Source: an uncultured Lachnospiraceae bacterium (GTDB lineage: Bacteria > Bacillota > Clostridia > Lachnospirales > Lachnospiraceae). From it: 38,776 nt of DNA. Shown here piece after piece: positions 35,815-38,776 of the stretch. The position numbers and the translations under genes were made by a program. The stretch is from positions 1 to 38,776 of the forward strand of contig CADCOU010000203.1 in assembly GCA_902803155.1 (NCBI GenBank), written 5' to 3'. The number at the start of each line of letters is the position of its first letter. The first letter of the stretch is position 1. Under the pieces are notes generated by a model. It was not told where the DNA came from, made no database searches, and saw nothing but the letters and a program-made list of their open reading frames with translations.

Positions 35815-37302
35815 ATGAAGAGTGACGGTCGTACAACAGGAAATCCCTCAGAGAGCAGGGGAGTGAACAGGGTACTGATAGCCGGCCTGAAGAGCCACAG
35901 CGGTAAGACCCTGGTCACCTGTGCGCTTCTGGAAACTCTCCGAAGAAGGAAGCTGGATCCGGCTTCCTTCAAATGCGGCCCGGACTACATCGATCCGATG
36001 TTCCATGAGAGAGTCCTCGGGATCGAATGTAAAAATCTGGATACTTATTTTGCAGGCACTGACGGCGTCAGACGACTGGTCGCGGAGTGCTGCCGCAGAT
36101 ATGCGGTGATAGAAGGCGTCATGGGGATATATGACGGCGCCGACGTGGGAGGCCTTGCCGGCTCGAGCTATGAGATCGCCGCAGCTACCTCATCCCCGGT
36201 CATCCTTGTCGTGGATGCATCCGGTATCGGGAGGACCGCCCTGTCGCTGATCAGGGGAATTCTTGAGGACGATTCAGAACATCTGATCAGGGGGCTGATC
36301 CTGAACCGGTGCCCTTCAGGATATTACACAAGACTGAAGCCTGTTCTGGCGACAGAGTTCCGGAAGGGCGGATACAATGTCCGGATCCTCGGAGCAATCC
36401 CGACAGAAGAAGATATCCGGCTGGAGAGCAGGCACCTGGGACTGATACTTCCCGGAGAAGTAGAGGATATCAGGGATAAGATCCGGAGAGCGGCGGACCT
36501 TCTGGAAGAGCATGTGGATGTAGGCGGGATCCTGGAGCTGATGAGGGAAGCAGGCAGTGGGCAGTCTGAATGTCGCAGCGCGGAGGATCAGGAATCAGTT
36601 CCGCTGCAGTCGGTATCTGACACGTGCCGCCGGCAGTCAGCATTCTCCGCCGGGAGATATCTTACGCTCGCGGTTGCCCGGGATGAAGCGTTCTGCTTCT
36701 ACTACAAAGAGAATCTGGAAATGTTCAGGAGAAGAGGCGTGAAGATACGCTGGTTTTCCCCCCTGCATGACCGGGAGATTCCGGAGGATGCAGACGGACT
36801 TCTTCTTGGGGGAGGATATCCGGAAAATCATCTTGAGGAACTCAGCCGGAACAGGTCCATGCTGGAATCGGTAAGGAAAGCGGCAGACAGGGGGCTTCCA
36901 AGCCTTGCGGAATGCGGGGGTTTCATGTACCTTCACAGGACAGTCGAAGACATGGACGGGAGACGATATGAGATGGTCGGGGCTGTGGATGGAGAATGCA
37001 GATATGCAGGGCATCTTGTCCGATTCGGGTATATGGAGATCGAGGCTGTAAATGAGAAGGAGGGACCTGCGGATCAGCTGCCTGAGAGCCTGGTCGGGAT
37101 GAGAGGACACGAATTTCATTATTATGACAGCACCTGTAACGGAAACGTCTGTACTGCGGGAAAGCCATACCGCGATACAAAATGGAACTGTATCGTTGCC
37201 GGAAACAACGGGATATGGGGATTTCCGCATTTTTACTACGGATCGGACAGCAGATTCGTTGACCGGTTTATATCCAGAATGAAGAAGATGGCAGACAGGT
37301 AA
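35815..37302 (+). CDS. cbiA: Cobyrinate a,c-diamide synthase
   Basis: SGKT, FKCGPDYIDP, EGVMG, SRHLGL, DEAFCFYY, GGGYPE, AECGGFMYL and GHEFHY. Confidence 0.96.
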   Translation: MKSDGRTTGNPSESRGVNRVLIAGLKSHSGKTLVTCALLETLRRRKLDPASFKCGPDYIDPMFHERVLGIECKNLDTYFAGTDGVRRLVAECCRRYAVIEGVMGIYDGADVGGLAGSSYEIAAATSSPVILVVDASGIGRTALSLIRGILEDDSEHLIRGLILNRCPSGYYTRLKPVLATEFRKGGYNVRILGAIPTEEDIRLESRHLGLILPGEVEDIRDKIRRAADLLEEHVDVGGILELMREAGSGQSECRSAEDQESVPLQSVSDTCRRQSAFSAGRYLTLAVARDEAFCFYYKENLEMFRRRGVKIRWFSPLHDREIPEDADGLLLGGGYPENHLEELSRNRSMLESVRKAADRGLPSLAECGGFMYLHRTVEDMDGRRYEMVGAVDGECRYAGHLVRFGYMEIEAVNEKEGPADQLPESLVGMRGHEFHYYDSTCNGNVCTAGKPYRDTKWNCIVAGNNGIWGFPHFYYGSDSRFVDRFISRMKKMADR

Positions 37303-37338
37303 TCACAGAATCAAGAGAGTTTACATTACGCATTCATA

Positions 37339-37374
37339 GCGGCAGGGCCTGAAAAGGTCCTGTCGTTTCTTTTT
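37339..37374 (+). terminator. Terminator ending the cobalamin operon
   Basis: GCGGCAGGGCCT-GAAA-AGGTCCTGTCGT followed by TTCTTTTT. Confidence 0.85.
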
Positions 37375-37384
37375 ATCCGGATGG

Positions 37385-37413
37385 TTGCAAAACAAGAAAA
37401 GGTCGTGTATACT
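37385..37413 (+). promoter_or_regulatory. Putative sigmaA promoter of the downstream iron-uptake-like operon
   Basis: TTGCAA-17 nt-TATACT. Confidence 0.8.
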
Positions 37414-37420
37414 ATCAAAG

Positions 37421-37515
37421 GTTATAAGATACTAACTTGTGATGCATAATTCTATCGAATGGTTGGCATAACTACCAAATAGTTGAAGCAACTTGTCAAA
37501 GATAGGAGTTCTAAC
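37421..37515. promoter_or_regulatory. Array of imperfect GTTAG-N5/6-CTAAC-like palindromes at about 20-bp period (candidate metalloregulator operators)
   Basis: Right half-sites CTAAC, CTATC, CTACC, CTTGT and CTAAC start at 37432, 37452, 37472, 37492 and 37511. Confidence 0.5.
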
Positions 37516-37591
37516 CGAAGGCCGCTTAGCCTTACAGCGGCTCGCCTTCACAGATATGCATTCAGAAGAATGATTTCAGGGAGGGATCCAC

Positions 37592-38107
37592 GTGTTTAGA
37601 AAATGTCTGATTCTTGTATTCGCTGTCTGCTTATCATGTGCAGGGGCTGCAACAGCAGCTGAAAAACCGGAGACGGAAGCTGCAGAGACCGACGCGGTCT
37701 CCGGAGCGTCTGTGATGGATTATTATGGTGACTTCGGAATCTACGGAGATGATCTGATGGACGCAGTCAATGGTCCCAGCGGCTCCTATGTCGTGTCGAC
37801 TGTGAATGAGGACGGAACTCCGCAGGTGGGATTCTTCGTTTATTCCATGCTGAAGGATGGGGATACCTATTATCTCCAGCTGGGGCTGGCAGAGAACCAG
37901 ACACGCGCAAACCTGGAAAGAACAGGGCTGGCGATGGCATTGTACGCGGCAAATCCGGAGGAAGATGCGAACGCACAATACGCAGTTGCCGGCGCCAGGA
38001 TGGGCCTGGAACTGGTCACGGATGAAGAACTGATCGGGAAGCTGAACACCTCAGGTTATGACACGGCGATGTTCTGCGAGGTGAAGTGGATCAGGTCTCT
38101 GGGCTGA
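37592..38107 (+). CDS. Exported pyridoxamine-5'-phosphate-oxidase-like (FMN-binding split barrel) protein
   Basis: GGGAGG RBS with GTG start; signal peptide; VVSTVNEDGTPQVG and NQTRANLERTG are typical of split-barrel proteins. Confidence 0.72.
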   Translation: MFRKCLILVFAVCLSCAGAATAAEKPETEAAETDAVSGASVMDYYGDFGIYGDDLMDAVNGPSGSYVVSTVNEDGTPQVGFFVYSMLKDGDTYYLQLGLAENQTRANLERTGLAMALYAANPEEDANAQYAVAGARMGLELVTDEELIGKLNTSGYDTAMFCEVKWIRSLG

Positions 38108-38150
38108 TACGGCAGTAACTGAGAGTGGTCCCTTATATGGAAAAGAGGAA

Positions 38151-38776
38151 ATGGAAATGACGGATAAGGGTCGGAGTATCCTGCTCAGGACCGGGGCCTT
38201 CATGACAGCGCTCCTGCTGATATTCATGACAATATGCTCTTCCATTGCTTTCGCGGAAGACACCGGTGCTGACGAAGCCGGCAGGTGGGGAGCAGCAGCG
38301 GATGAGATCGACAAATATCTGGACGCGGGGTTTGAGTATTACCTCGAGGGTGATACCGAAAGTGCCTACAATTCCGTGAGCGACGCATATTTCCGGGTAT
38401 ATGAAGTGACCGGGTTTGAGCGCCAGACGATGAGCTACATCTCCGGAAACCGGAAAAACGCGGTGGAGATGCAGTTTTCCGCCTGTAAGGCGAATGTCAA
38501 AAAAGAAGAGTTGGATCAGGAAACCAAGGTCAAGGTAAGGTCGTCCCTGAATAAGCTGAAGAGCATGATCCGCGAAGACGGCAACAAGCTGGCGCAGATG
38601 GCAGGAGAGCCTGTCACGGAGACGAAATATTACCTTCACGGCGAACCCGTGGACGAGGATCCCTGGGCAGACCTGGCTGCGGATCCGGACGCAGCCGTGA
38701 GATATGAGAGCTGGTATGAGCCGGCAACGCTGGTGAAGGAAGCGCTCGACACGGCGTACATGGGCTATCTGGACAA
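38151..38776 (+). CDS. FTR1/FetM-type iron permease, N-terminal extracellular part only (runs off window; not in the ORF track)
   Basis: Manual translation: MEMTDKGRSILLRTGAFMTALLLIFMTICSSIAFA (signal), then WGAAADEIDKYLDAGFEYYLEGDTESAYNSVSDAYFRVYEVTGFERQTMSYISGNRKNAVEMQF, which resembles FetM-like N-domains. The frame is open to the window end; the permease domain itself is not visible. Confidence 0.7.
   Translation, partial: MEMTDKGRSILLRTGAFMTALLLIFMTICSSIAFAEDTGADEAGRWGAAADEIDKYLDAGFEYYLEGDTESAYNSVSDAYFRVYEVTGFERQTMSYISGNRKNAVEMQFSACKANVKKEELDQETKVKVRSSLNKLKSMIREDGNKLAQMAGEPVTETKYYLHGEPVDEDPWADLAADPDAAVRYESWYEPATLVKEALDTAYMGYLD

Noticed and set aside
37414-37591. Possible NiCo, yybP-ykoY or second cobalamin riboswitch
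   Set aside because: I could not find the conserved cores of these families; a DNA operator array fits better.
266-38639. Numerous antisense and alternate-frame ORFs in the track (for example 10351-11532, 15627-16577, 18316-19179, 29617-30711, 38133-38639)
   Set aside because: They are shadows of well-supported genes in moderately GC-rich DNA and have no recognisable motifs.
1-38776. Visibly frequent GATC sites
   Set aside because: This is explained by the preference for the ATC Ile and GAT Asp codons; it was not counted and no clustering was evident.

Overview
Chromosomal window from a Firmicute, most likely Lachnospiraceae/Clostridia (inferred from gene order, fusion patterns and protein style; no search was run). 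About 1-14.1 kb is housekeeping and envelope genes: typA (5' end), an M18 aminopeptidase, trmL, a 24-aa-repeat protein, YkgJ/GtrA/GT2, an OpgB/LtaS-family transferase, sua5-[inactive LMW-PTP]-upp-dCMP deaminase, an S1-domain protein, proC, and an NlpC/P60 hydrolase with a WalR-type box. About 14.2-17.2 kb is a catabolic islet damaged by deletions, with three gene remnants. About 17.2-37.4 kb is a roughly 20 kb operon behind a cobalamin riboswitch. It opens with an apparently secreted CbiK chelatase fused to a NEAT-like domain, a binding protein with a second NEAT-like domain, a FecCD/BtuC permease and an ABC ATPase fused in frame to CobQ. Cobamide assembly and anaerobic corrin-ring genes follow, but cbiL, cysG/hem, cbiMNQO and an adenosyltransferase are absent from the window. 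The window ends in an iron-uptake-like operon (secreted split-barrel flavin-binding protein and a partial FTR1/FetM-type permease) behind a periodic operator-like array. The best candidate for an under-described system is the extracellular chelatase/NEAT/ABC-CobQ tetrapyrrole-salvage module. No mobile elements, CRISPR arrays, tRNAs or rRNAs were seen.
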